Shown: in pieces, positions 1-8,850 of the stretch | Position numbering within the stretch: the first letter of the stretch is position 1 | How the letters are laid out: each line of letters starts with the position of its first letter | Origin: Verrucomicrobiia bacterium | Lineage (GTDB): Bacteria > Verrucomicrobiota > Verrucomicrobiia > Limisphaerales > UBA1319 | DNA length: 64,000 nucleotides | Assembly: GCA_963664225.1 (NCBI GenBank) | Contig: OY760937.1 | Coordinates: 4,096,001 to 4,160,000 of the forward strand | Direction: 5' to 3' | Program-made: the position numbers and the translations under genes | Notes under the pieces: generated by a model | What the model was told of the DNA's origin: nothing | Databases searched by the model: none | What the model saw: only the letters and a program-made list of their open reading frames with translations

Positions 1-803
1 AGGCCGAACAGGGTTTTCTCAAGAAGATGTGCGATGACGGGCTCGCACTTGCCCGGAGCAAGGGGGCGGGAACCATCGATGTTCAGTCAGCGATGCGGGA
101 GGTTCAGCGCAAGGTGCTGGCCGCGGGTGTCAGCGAGCCCGATAAAACGAAACAATCGCGAATGCACGCGCCGGACGGCGTTCACCTGAACGACCTGGGT
201 CAGATGGCGATGGCGTTTGCCATCCTCAAGGGGTTGGGCGCTCCTGCGAACGTCTCGAGCGCGACCATCGACGCCCAGGCGCCAAAGGTTGTTTCGGCGG
301 ATGACTGTCAAATCACGAAGCTAAGGAAACTCGACCAGGGAGTCGCTTTTACCAGATTGGATGAACGGCTGCCGCTGAATCTCGCGCCGCTGTGGCTCCT
401 GAGCGGATTTTATATTCCGATCCAGGACGAGTTGAATCGCTATCTCCTGACGGTGACAAACCTGCCCCAGGGCGAGTATGCGCTGATCGCATCCGGGAAA
501 GAGGTGGGGACCTGGAGCGCGGAAACGCTTGGCGCGGGGTTGAACATTTCCTCGGTGACCACGAACGGATGGGAGCCGGGCGGGCTTTGGGATGCGCAGG
601 GGCATACGCTGAAAGTCCTGACCGACATGCGGGATGCCCTGGCCAATACGCGACGCGGCATGGATGCCACGCTCAAGGCGCATCCGAGGCTGGAATCCCT
701 GGAAGGAAAAGCGAAGGCATTGGAGAAATCGATTGTTGAACTTCAGCGCGAGATGGCGCGTCCAGTGCCGATGGCGTTTGAGATTCGACGGGCTGCGAAG
801 TAG
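1..803 (+). CDS. SGNH/GDSL-family hydrolase, 5'-truncated by the window edge
   Basis: Reading frame ends at stop 801-803; contains DGVHLN, an SGNH block V DxxH motif; the N-terminal blocks lie outside the window. Confidence 0.65.
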   Translation, partial: AEQGFLKKMCDDGLALARSKGAGTIDVQSAMREVQRKVLAAGVSEPDKTKQSRMHAPDGVHLNDLGQMAMAFAILKGLGAPANVSSATIDAQAPKVVSADDCQITKLRKLDQGVAFTRLDERLPLNLAPLWLLSGFYIPIQDELNRYLLTVTNLPQGEYALIASGKEVGTWSAETLGAGLNISSVTTNGWEPGGLWDAQGHTLKVLTDMRDALANTRRGMDATLKAHPRLESLEGKAKALEKSIVELQREMARPVPMAFEIRRAAK

Positions 804-828
804 GGAGGCGGTCGATGTCGTTCATGCC

Positions 829-920
829 GACGTTGGAAATCAGTTGCGTGTCCGGTTGCAGACATTGCAGCAGAGCATGACCGGTACTTTCGCCAGCACG
901 CTCGCCACCGTCGGCAACTG
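829..920 (-). pseudogene. Relic 3' end of a second acr3-type gene
   Basis: In frame after the acr3 stop it reads QLPTVASVLAKVPVMLCCNVCNRTRN*F, resembling the Acr3 C-terminal pattern LATVVGVLVEVPVML..V.NRTR.WF with a probable TGG>TGA change. Confidence 0.6.
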
Positions 921-1988
921 CTAGAAACGACGACGAAACCAGAATGCGACATGGACGAGACCGATCAGTGCCGGCACCTCGATCAATGGGCCCACGACGG
1001 CGGCGAAGGCGACGTCTGACTTGATTCCAAAGACGGCGATGGCCACGGCGATGGCGAGCTCGAAGTTGTTCCCCGCCGAGGTGAATGCGAGAGTGGCGGA
1101 GCGCGGATAATCGGCGCCCAGCCGCTTTGCCATCACGAAACTCACCAGAAACATGATCGCGAAATAGAGCACGAGCGGGATTGCGATGCGCAGGACGTCC
1201 AGCGGCAGCCGCACAATGGCGTCGCCCTTGAACATGAACATCACAACGATGGTGAAGAGGAGCGCGGTGAGCGTGAGGGGGGAGATGCGCGGGATGAATA
1301 CGCGCTCATACCATTCCTCCCCCTTGAGCGGCACGAGAATCACCCGGCTCAAAATCCCGGCGGTGAATGGGATGCCAAGGTAGATCATCACACTCCAAAA
1401 AATGTCACTCATGTGGACCGGCACCACGGCGCCCTTCAAGCCAAAGTAAGGCGGAAGCACGGTGATGAAGATCCATGCGTAGAAACTGTAGAACAGGATT
1501 TGGGCGATGCTGTTAAGGGCCACCAACCCGGCGGCATACTCGCTGCTTCCTTTGGCAAGTTGGTTCCACACCAGAACCATCGCGATGCAGCGGGCGATGC
1601 CCACGAGGATCAGCCCCACCATGTAGTCCGGGTGATCGCGCAGCAGCAACACCGCGAGCAGGAACATCAGCGCCGGTCCAACGATCCAATTCTGGACAAG
1701 GGATAGCGTGAGGATGCGCGCATCGGCGAAGACTTTTGGCAGTTGGGAGAATTTCACCTTCGCCAGCGGCGGATACATCATGAGGATCAGGCCGATGGCG
1801 ATGGGCAGGTTCGTTGTGCCCACGGTCATGGGGTCGAAGAACCCCTCGGGATCGGCGATCACGAAATGGCCCAGCAGCACGCCAATGCCCATGGCGGCGA
1901 AGATCCAAACCGTGAGATAGCGATCCAGAAAGGACAAGTTCCTGGCCACATCGACGGGATTGGCGGCAGTAATCGATTTATCCATCAC
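921..1988 (-). CDS. acr3: Arsenite efflux transporter Acr3
   Basis: Motifs [50 protein letters not shown]; multi-pass hydrophobic protein. Confidence 0.95.
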   Translation of the reverse strand: MMDKSITAANPVDVARNLSFLDRYLTVWIFAAMGIGVLLGHFVIADPEGFFDPMTVGTTNLPIAIGLILMMYPPLAKVKFSQLPKVFADARILTLSLVQNWIVGPALMFLLAVLLLRDHPDYMVGLILVGIARCIAMVLVWNQLAKGSSEYAAGLVALNSIAQILFYSFYAWIFITVLPPYFGLKGAVVPVHMSDIFWSVMIYLGIPFTAGILSRVILVPLKGEEWYERVFIPRISPLTLTALLFTIVVMFMFKGDAIVRLPLDVLRIAIPLVLYFAIMFLVSFVMAKRLGADYPRSATLAFTSAGNNFELAIAVAIAVFGIKSDVAFAAVVGPLIEVPALIGLVHVAFWFRRRF

Positions 1989-2012
1989 GAAAGATTTGTG
2001 TCCGGGCTCTGG

Positions 2013-3191
2013 TCAGCAGCAGCGACTTTCGGGTTTGGCGTTTGTGGCTGGCCCGGGGCAGCAATCGCTCTCTGGCTTTGGTGCAAACTCTCCATGCAGG
2101 AAGCGGTCAGCCAGTTTGAGAATCGCCTGGGCCGGGGCCTGTTTGACAGAGTGCGCGGTATTCACCGCAGCCGTCATGTCCTCCACAGAAACGCCCAGTT
2201 TACGCGCCTTATCGTAGTGGTATTTGAAACACGGTTCGCAATTGGCGGAGATGGCCGCGCCGATGGCGATCAATTCCGTCACAGCAGGGGAATAGAGCGA
2301 CCCGTGATCAGCTTCCGAATCCTTGCAGGCGCACGCACAAGTGTGGGCTGGTTTGCGGGCTGTGACCTCGAGACTGGTGATGTATTCCGAGGGTTTGGAA
2401 CCGGCAGGCAAGTGCTGGATGATTTTCTGATACAGCGGATCCTTCCATTCGGACATGCCATCAATGTAAGCCGATTTCGGATTGAGCACGATGTCCGTCA
2501 ATCCGGCCTCGGTGGCCATGCGCTCCGTTTCTGAAACCAGCACCGCGCCCGCGACGCAACCGACCAGAGCCTCAACCATTTCGAGGACGGCGGGGGGCAT
2601 GGGTTTGAGCATGGCAAGATCGGAAACGGCAACGCGACCGCCGGGCTTGAGCACGCGCGCCATTTCGCGCCACACCTGCGGCTTGTCCGGCGAGAGGTTG
2701 ATGACGCAATTGGAAATGATCGCGTTCACACTGGCGTCGGCGATGGGCAGATGCTCGATTTCACCGAGACGAAACTCGACGTTGTCCAGGCCCGACCGTT
2801 CGCGATATGGAGCGATGTTTTTACGCGCCTTCGACAACATTTCCGGTGTCATGTCCACACCGATGGCGCGTCCATCCGCTCCCACTTTACGCCCGGCAAT
2901 GAAAACATCGAACCCGCCTCCCGAGCCCAAGTCCAGAACCACCTCGCCCGGTTGGAGCGCGGCGAGGGCATTGGGATTGCCGCAGGAAAGGCCCATGTTC
3001 GCACCCTCGGGCAGGGCGGCCAGTTCCTCGGTGCTGTAACCGACATACTGGGCCAACTGCGTCGAATCTTCAGCGCTCGAACCGCAGCAGCTCACGCCGG
3101 AACAGCAGGATTGGTTCTTTTCCGCAATCCTGCCGTAACCTTCGCGGACGGTTTGCCGGATGTTTTCGGGATCGACATTATTTGGTTTCAT
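2013..3191 (-). CDS. arsM: Arsenite S-adenosylmethionine methyltransferase fused to a C-terminal AhpD/CMD-like domain
   Basis: N-terminal CC pairs, GLSCGNP, VLDLGSGGGFD SAM motif, IISNCVINLSPDK, GCVAGA; C-terminal ELIAIGAAISANCEPCFKYH and Cys-Cys tail. Confidence 0.9.
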   Translation of the reverse strand: MKPNNVDPENIRQTVREGYGRIAEKNQSCCSGVSCCGSSAEDSTQLAQYVGYSTEELAALPEGANMGLSCGNPNALAALQPGEVVLDLGSGGGFDVFIAGRKVGADGRAIGVDMTPEMLSKARKNIAPYRERSGLDNVEFRLGEIEHLPIADASVNAIISNCVINLSPDKPQVWREMARVLKPGGRVAVSDLAMLKPMPPAVLEMVEALVGCVAGAVLVSETERMATEAGLTDIVLNPKSAYIDGMSEWKDPLYQKIIQHLPAGSKPSEYITSLEVTARKPAHTCACACKDSEADHGSLYSPAVTELIAIGAAISANCEPCFKYHYDKARKLGVSVEDMTAAVNTAHSVKQAPAQAILKLADRFLHGEFAPKPESDCCPGPATNAKPESRCC

Positions 3192-3196
3192 TTTTC

Positions 3197-3988
3197 TTAA
3201 GGATGTACTTTGACATCAGGGAAATGACAGCCGGTGCAGGATTTGGTCGAGACATCGGCTAATACACCATCTTTACCATGGCAGGACAAACAACCGGTGG
3301 TCTTATCGCCCAGATTCACTGGTTTGGTCGCTGTTCCGGCAAAGCTGGCGTTTAGCAACTCGACGGTCTTATGGGCCATGTCCGCCGACAAACGGCGGCA
3401 CCGTTCTTTGCGCTCGTCGCTGTAAGCGGTTACCTTGGCCTGCTTGACCCAGACACTGACGGATGGATGGCATAAAACGGAACCGGGTTTGACCGCAGGA
3501 AGGTTCATTTTGGACGCCGGGTTCCTGGGGGCATATTGAGGCAGTTTTGTGTCCTGATAATAGGAAAACAACGCATCGATGAGCGCATTGCGCTCGGTTC
3601 CATTGCGCACCAGGAGCGATATCGCCGCGGCTCCGCCATTGAGCGTTCCGCACAAAGTGCCCCATTCGGCGACGCCTCCTTTGCCATAATACATCATTTC
3701 ACAGGGAAATGACTTGTAAGGCTCTCCCACCTTCTCCGCCAGTTGTGTGACAATACTGGCAAAAACGCCATACATGCATCCGGTTGCCGCAGTATGCATC
3801 TGATAGGAGAGCTCGGACGTCTGATCCGCATCCAACGTGACATAACGCCATGGTTGCGATGTGTTTTGCGTGGTTCCTTTTTCCGGCGGATTCTTCTCGG
3901 CCCCCAGCGCACCCAGCGCATAAGAACCCGAGGCCATGACCAGCGTTTGCAGCAAATGTCTTCGATTCAGTGTTTTCATTATTTCCAT
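3197..3988 (-). CDS. Tat-signal C_GCAxxG_C_C protein with two C-terminal CxxCH heme motifs (split-Soret cytochrome c-like)
   Basis: NRRHLL twin-arginine leader; GCMYG, GTLCGTLNGG, SVLCH, KERC; CLSCH and CTGCH. Confidence 0.75.
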   Translation of the reverse strand: MEIMKTLNRRHLLQTLVMASGSYALGALGAEKNPPEKGTTQNTSQPWRYVTLDADQTSELSYQMHTAATGCMYGVFASIVTQLAEKVGEPYKSFPCEMMYYGKGGVAEWGTLCGTLNGGAAAISLLVRNGTERNALIDALFSYYQDTKLPQYAPRNPASKMNLPAVKPGSVLCHPSVSVWVKQAKVTAYSDERKERCRRLSADMAHKTVELLNASFAGTATKPVNLGDKTTGCLSCHGKDGVLADVSTKSCTGCHFPDVKVHP

Positions 3989-4039
3989 TATTCCGACAAG
4001 TTAATTTGTTCTGGTTTGTTAGTATCGTCCCGGCACTCG

Positions 4040-4501
4040 TCAACTTTTCACCTGATCCGAGGCAACGAGTTCCTCAACGTTCTCCACCACGGTTTGAACA
4101 CAGCCGACACAAATATTGTGAAGCAGGTCCCGCTCTTTGAAACGCGCCTGTCCTTCCGCGGTTCTCAAATCACACCCATGGAGCAGGTCGTGACACAGGC
4201 AGGAACCATGCCGCTTCTCAAACCGTGACATTAGTTCGAGCGTTTTCTGGTAGGTTTGATCGGTTGCCGAGCGGTCCTGGCGGGCACCGCGGCCGTATTT
4301 GAGGCCCAGCACCATGACACCGCCCGAGACGGCGCCGCAGACTTCGCCGTGACGGCCAATGCCCGCGCCAAAACCGGTGGAGACCTTCAGCGCAATCTCC
4401 GGATCCAAGCCCAGTTCCGGGGCAAAGGCGAAGAGGACCGACTGGGCGCAATTGTAACCGGATAGGAACTTTTCTGAGGCAATTTCGCTTTTCGTTTTCA
4501 T
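4040..4501 (-). CDS. C_GCAxxG_C_C family putative redox protein
   Basis: GYNCAQSV, GEVCGAVSGG, GSCLCHDL, C-terminal ICVGC. Confidence 0.85.
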   Translation of the reverse strand: MKTKSEIASEKFLSGYNCAQSVLFAFAPELGLDPEIALKVSTGFGAGIGRHGEVCGAVSGGVMVLGLKYGRGARQDRSATDQTYQKTLELMSRFEKRHGSCLCHDLLHGCDLRTAEGQARFKERDLLHNICVGCVQTVVENVEELVASDQVKS

Positions 4502-4513
4502 GATTTTAGCACC

Positions 4514-4981
4514 TTATTTTGTGCCAATATTTGACGCCTGCAACAAGGCCATGGAGCCGGGCAGCGTTTCGACGAATTTACGAATCTCATCCCGCACCCG
4601 CCGATACACGGCCAACTTTTCCTCGCCGTCCGGCATGTTCTTCGTGAGCTTCGGCGGGTCCTCAAATCCGACATGCACCACCTTTGCCTTGCCGGGGAAA
4701 ATGGGGCAATTCTCGTTGGCATGGCCACAGACGGTGACCACGTAATCGAACACGACGCCAATTTCCTGGGGTGTCTTGGAATAGTGTTTCGAGATGTCCA
4801 CGCCCGCCTCGGCCATGACTTTTACGGCGTGTGGATTCATTCCGTGTTTTTCGATTCCCGCAGAATAGGGATCCATGACATCGCTTTTGAGGTGGCGCGC
4901 CCAGCCTTCGGCCATCTGGCTGCGACAGGAATTGCCGGTGCAGAGAAAAAGGACTTTCAGCTTCGACATTGGCGTTTGCAT
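4514..4981 (-). CDS. arsC: Arsenate reductase, LMW-PTP/thioredoxin-coupled type (alternative start 4969)
   Basis: VLFLCTGNSCRSQMAEG P-loop; VTVCG..NENCP; FEDP. Confidence 0.93.
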   Translation of the reverse strand: MQTPMSKLKVLFLCTGNSCRSQMAEGWARHLKSDVMDPYSAGIEKHGMNPHAVKVMAEAGVDISKHYSKTPQEIGVVFDYVVTVCGHANENCPIFPGKAKVVHVGFEDPPKLTKNMPDGEEKLAVYRRVRDEIRKFVETLPGSMALLQASNIGTK

Positions 4982-5322
4982 ATTTCAACGGGATCCAGTT
5001 TGAGAATCTTGCGCAGGTTGGCGGTGTCCTCGGTAATGCGCGGATCGTCGGTGAGCGATTTTTCGACCCATTTGAGCGCCTCCCGGGCGGCGGTGGATGC
5101 ATTTTTTCCGGGAAGGGCATAGTAAATCCAGCGGCCTTCCTTGCGTGAATCTACCAATCCAGCCTGCCTCAAGAGGTAGAAATGCTTCGACATGGTGGAC
5201 TGGGCCAGGCCGAAAAGCTCGGTGATCTGACAGGCGCAGAGCTCCTGCTGACGCAACGCCAGAAGAACGCGGATGCGGGTGGCATCGCCGAGGGCCTTTG
5301 TGATGTTCATGAAATCGCGCAT
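4957..5322 (-). CDS. arsR: ArsR/SmtB family repressor
   Basis: KALGDATRIR, ELCAC metal site, QSTMSKH helix-turn-helix, RKEGRWIYY wing; heads the ars operon. Confidence 0.92.
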   Translation of the reverse strand: MRDFMNITKALGDATRIRVLLALRQQELCACQITELFGLAQSTMSKHFYLLRQAGLVDSRKEGRWIYYALPGKNASTAAREALKWVEKSLTDDPRITEDTANLRKILKLDPVEICKRQCRS

Positions 5323-5334
5323 GATGATTCTACG

Positions 5335-5386
5335 TCATTTCGCCATAAAACGAAATGAAGATGCCTTTAATGTGGGTGGCTGTCAA
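5335..5386 (-). promoter_or_regulatory. ars promoter and ArsR operator
   Basis: Minus-strand TTGACA-N17-CATCTT; inverted repeat TCATTTCG-N8-CGAAATGA at 5335-5358. Confidence 0.7.
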
Positions 5387-5482
5387 CTGCCGTGTTGAGG
5401 AGGATGGCATTCAGATTTTCTGCCGGATTCCTTCCGGCTGCCGACGGCAGGCTTCGGACCTCGCGGCCATCTCCGCAGTATT

Positions 5483-5920
5483 TCACTTTTTCACCAGGGG
5501 ATTGCGCACCTTAAGTTGCGGAAATGCAGAGAAGTCGCGATCCGCCGACCAGAGTTCGCTTATGCCGTGATGGAGACAGAGTGCGGCGATGCGCGCATCG
5601 TGGATGCGGGGGCCTTTGAGTCTCGCGGCGGTCGCGACGGCGCGCAGTTTCTCGAAATAACCGGGACCTTCGGCAAGGAACTCCGCGTTGGCACCCGCCC
5701 GCCAGGCGTCCACGGCTGCCAATGCCGCGCTGAGCGTCGTGGCCGGTCGGTATATGTTTGGGTGGGTGACGATGCTGATGAATTCATGCACGCAAGGCCA
5801 GGGAATGGCCCACGGCGCGGATTGATGCCGCAAGCGGTCAATCAACTCCTTCGCGGTAACATGGAACTCGCTGTCTCCGCGGTGCGAATAGACCAGCAGA
5901 TTGGTGTCCACGGCGATCAT
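5483..5920 (-). CDS. vapC: PIN-domain toxin (VapC family)
   Basis: MIAVDTNLLVY, HEFI, HDARIAA, SADRDF conserved acidic PIN residues. Confidence 0.9.
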   Translation of the reverse strand: MIAVDTNLLVYSHRGDSEFHVTAKELIDRLRHQSAPWAIPWPCVHEFISIVTHPNIYRPATTLSAALAAVDAWRAGANAEFLAEGPGYFEKLRAVATAARLKGPRIHDARIAALCLHHGISELWSADRDFSAFPQLKVRNPLVKK

Positions 5921-6162
5921 GCGCCATGGCCCCTGTAAATTTCGTTGCGAATTCTGTCCCAGGAGGCGTTTTTGAACTCCTCTGTCAGGCCGCTGCCGCG
6001 CACCGTGACCAAAGGCGGGAGTTTCCGGGGACGATCCTGCTTTTCCTGCAGAACCAGTCGCAGGCCTTGTTCCGTCAGGGAACGAAAAGTCGTCTTCTTC
6101 CTTCGGGCCAGGAGTTGGGCGCGTTCGAAAAGGTCGTCGGCGATTTCAATAGTTGTCTTCAT
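5917..6162 (-). CDS. vapB: VapB-type antitoxin
   Basis: MKTTIEIADDL ribbon-helix-helix-like N-terminus; 4-bp overlap with vapC. Confidence 0.8.
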   Translation of the reverse strand: MKTTIEIADDLFERAQLLARRKKTTFRSLTEQGLRLVLQEKQDRPRKLPPLVTVRGSGLTEEFKNASWDRIRNEIYRGHGA

Positions 6163-6164
6163 TG

Positions 6165-6200
6165 TATGGTAAGCCATATTCACATATATGGGCACCCATA
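6165..6200. promoter_or_regulatory. vapBC autoregulatory operators
   Basis: Two TATGG-N4-CCATA palindromes at 6165-6178 and 6187-6200, 22 bp apart. Confidence 0.65.
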
Positions 6201-6267
6201 TCAAGTGGCATTTCAGAGAGACGCGCCGATTTCTCTCCAAGCCTTCGGTGCGTGCCGGTCACACGCA

Positions 6268-6320
6268 AAATGCGCGCCTTGAGTTGCGGAAATGCGGAGA
6301 AGGGGCGATCCGTCGAGCGG
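6268..6320 (-). pseudogene. Degenerate copy of the vapC 3' end
   Basis: Reads STDRPFSAFPQLKARI versus SADRDFSAFPQLKVRN in vapC; DNA similar to about 5501-5550. Confidence 0.7.
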
Positions 6321-6546
6321 TGCAGGTGTGCTGTGATGCCGATATCGCGTAACAGCCTGAATTGAAAGTTGGCATGCGGCGGTTGAATGATGTTATCATT
6401 GCGACAGTGAAGTCAGCAAAGGCGACAGCGTTTTTCAGCGCGATACGAATTGGCCATGTGGTGAAAGCCTTGTGGCGAAGGTTTGTGCCGCTGCCTCGTG
6501 TATCATCGGATGCCCCAGACATTCACTCCCGAACTACCTCACTCCA

Positions 6547-8772
6547 ATGATTGAATTAGAACAAAAAGTCACAGGTCTGATCTTGGGTAAGAATTACATA
6601 CCATTGAACGTGCCGGAATTGTTGCGGGCGCTTCGGTTGCCGCCGAATCGCCAGCAGGAGTTGCAGAGTGTATTGCGTCAACTGGAGCAGACAGGAGCCA
6701 TCGCCCGCATCAAGGGCAACCGGTATATCCAGCCACGGGAGGCAGACTTGATTCCCGGCCGGATTCGGATGAACCGTCAGGGTAAGGGTTTTCTACAACC
6801 GGACGATCCGGAGATGAAGGAAATCGCGATCCCGGAGGGGGCCACATCGACGGCGTTGCATGAGGATCGTGTATTGGTGCGTCGCGACATGCAGAGCAAG
6901 GGGCTGCGGTCGGGTGCGGCCGTCCCGGCCACTGGCACGGTGGTGCGCATCCTGGAGCGGCGACGCACACAGATTGTTGGAACATTGGAGCGGAGCCGGC
7001 AGTTTCTCTACATTATCCCGGACGATCCGCGCATACCGCACGATATTTATGTGCCGCCGCCCCGCGATGTGGGGCGGGCTGCGCAAGTGGGCGACAAGGT
7101 CGTGGTGGAATTGCGGGAATGGACATCGCGCAATACGAATCCCGAGGGTGAAATCATCGAGGTGCTCGGCGCCCCGGATGCCGAAGGCGTGGACATGCTT
7201 TCCGTATTGCGCCAATACAATCTGGCGCTGCATTTTTCCAAACCCGTCCTGCAGGAGGCGCGATCGTTTGGGACGACCGTTGAGCCCCGGGATTTCGAAG
7301 GCCGTGTGGATTGCCGCAGACATCAGGTGGTCACCATCGATCCCGACGATGCGAAGGATTTCGACGACGGCTTCTGCCTGGAGCGATCCGGACCGGACCA
7401 GTGGCGCCTGTGGGTGCATATCGCGGATGTGTCGCATTATGTCCAGCCCGGAAGCGCGCTCGATGTCGAGGCCTGCAAGCGCGGGAATTCAACCTATCTT
7501 GTGGACCGGGTGATTCCGATGCTGCCGGAGGCGTTGAGCAATGAACTATGCTCGCTCAAGCCGGGAGTCGATCGTCTGACCAAATGTGTCGAGTTTCACC
7601 TGTCGAGCGACGGGCGCATATTGAATACAAAGTTCTATTCCGCGGTGATTCATTCGCAACGGCGGCTCAGCTATCAGGAGGCCCTTGCCATTATTCAGGC
7701 CAGGCCCGCTGGTCCGATTGAAGAGATGCTCCATGCCGCGAACAACCTGGCGCAGCGGATTCGTCGCACGCGTTTCAAGGCAGGATCGCTGGCGCTGGAT
7801 TTCCCGGAAATGAAGATCCGGCTGGATGCGCATGGACGGGTGGAGCGCATTGAAAAAGTCGAGACCGATGAGTCGCACCAGTTGATCGAGGAATTCATGC
7901 TGATGGCCAATGAGGCGGTTGCCACGCGGTTGATGAACCTGCACCGGCCCGCGATTTATCGCGTTCATGAGGCTCCAAATGAAACGCGATTGCAGGAATA
8001 TCGGGAAGACGTGCTGGGTCACAATGTGCCCTGCGGCAATCTGCGCCAGCGCACGGAGGTTCAGCGGCTTCTAAACAGGCTCGACACCCTGCCCATCGGT
8101 TCGGCGCTCAAGATTGGTTTTCTCAAATCGCTCATGCGCGCCCGTTACGCGGTGGAACCCCTTGGTCATTACGGTCTGGCCAAACAGAAATACACGCATT
8201 TCACCTCGCCCATCCGTCGCTATGCCGACCTCGTGGTTCATCGCGCCCTGTTTGAGAAGATTTCCAGTTCAGCGGCCAAGCTGAGGGAAACCGCAGACCA
8301 TATCTCCGTCACGGAACGCAACTCCGCCGACGCCGAGCGCGACAGCAAGGACGTGAAGTTGTATGCGTTTCTGAATAAGCAATTGAAAGACAGCCAGCCG
8401 AGGCTCTATCCCGCGCTGGTCACCGATGTTCGCAATTTCGGTTTCTTCGTGGACGTGCCGGGGTTGGCCATGAGCGGGTTGGTCCCTTTATCGGCAGTGG
8501 AAGACGACTTCTACATGTTCGACGCCGCGCGCAATCACCTTGTCGGACGGCGGTCGCGGCGGATCATCAGTCTGGGCGATCGCGTGACCGTGCAGGTTGC
8601 CAGGGTGGACACCTTCAAGAAACAGGTGGATTTCCGGCTCGCGCAGGATTATCGACAGGCACCCCGCCGTCCGGACCGGCAGCAAAAATTGAAACCCGGA
8701 ATTGCGAAACGCCTTGCGCGTGGCGGCGGCAGGCCGAAACCCGCCGCAACGGCGAAACGTCAAGTGAGGTGA
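6547..8772 (+). CDS. rnr: Ribonuclease R
   Basis: Cold-shock domains, RNB motifs TIDPDDAKDFDD, HIADVSHYV, YTHFTSPIRRYADL; S1 domain and basic tail. Confidence 0.93.
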   Translation: MIELEQKVTGLILGKNYIPLNVPELLRALRLPPNRQQELQSVLRQLEQTGAIARIKGNRYIQPREADLIPGRIRMNRQGKGFLQPDDPEMKEIAIPEGATSTALHEDRVLVRRDMQSKGLRSGAAVPATGTVVRILERRRTQIVGTLERSRQFLYIIPDDPRIPHDIYVPPPRDVGRAAQVGDKVVVELREWTSRNTNPEGEIIEVLGAPDAEGVDMLSVLRQYNLALHFSKPVLQEARSFGTTVEPRDFEGRVDCRRHQVVTIDPDDAKDFDDGFCLERSGPDQWRLWVHIADVSHYVQPGSALDVEACKRGNSTYLVDRVIPMLPEALSNELCSLKPGVDRLTKCVEFHLSSDGRILNTKFYSAVIHSQRRLSYQEALAIIQARPAGPIEEMLHAANNLAQRIRRTRFKAGSLALDFPEMKIRLDAHGRVERIEKVETDESHQLIEEFMLMANEAVATRLMNLHRPAIYRVHEAPNETRLQEYREDVLGHNVPCGNLRQRTEVQRLLNRLDTLPIGSALKIGFLKSLMRARYAVEPLGHYGLAKQKYTHFTSPIRRYADLVVHRALFEKISSSAAKLRETADHISVTERNSADAERDSKDVKLYAFLNKQLKDSQPRLYPALVTDVRNFGFFVDVPGLAMSGLVPLSAVEDDFYMFDAARNHLVGRRSRRIISLGDRVTVQVARVDTFKKQVDFRLAQDYRQAPRRPDRQQKLKPGIAKRLARGGGRPKPAATAKRQVR

Positions 8773-8850
8773 TGCATTCATAAGATAACGCATTGAGTGC
8801 GTGGTTTTGCGTGGTCCCCGGGCGGGCCGTGGACGCGCCGGATGCCACCC

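Noticed and set aside
921..923. Stop-codon readthrough extending Acr3
   Set aside because: The downstream peptide duplicates the last helix in degenerate form and stops again; a relic gene fragment is the simpler explanation
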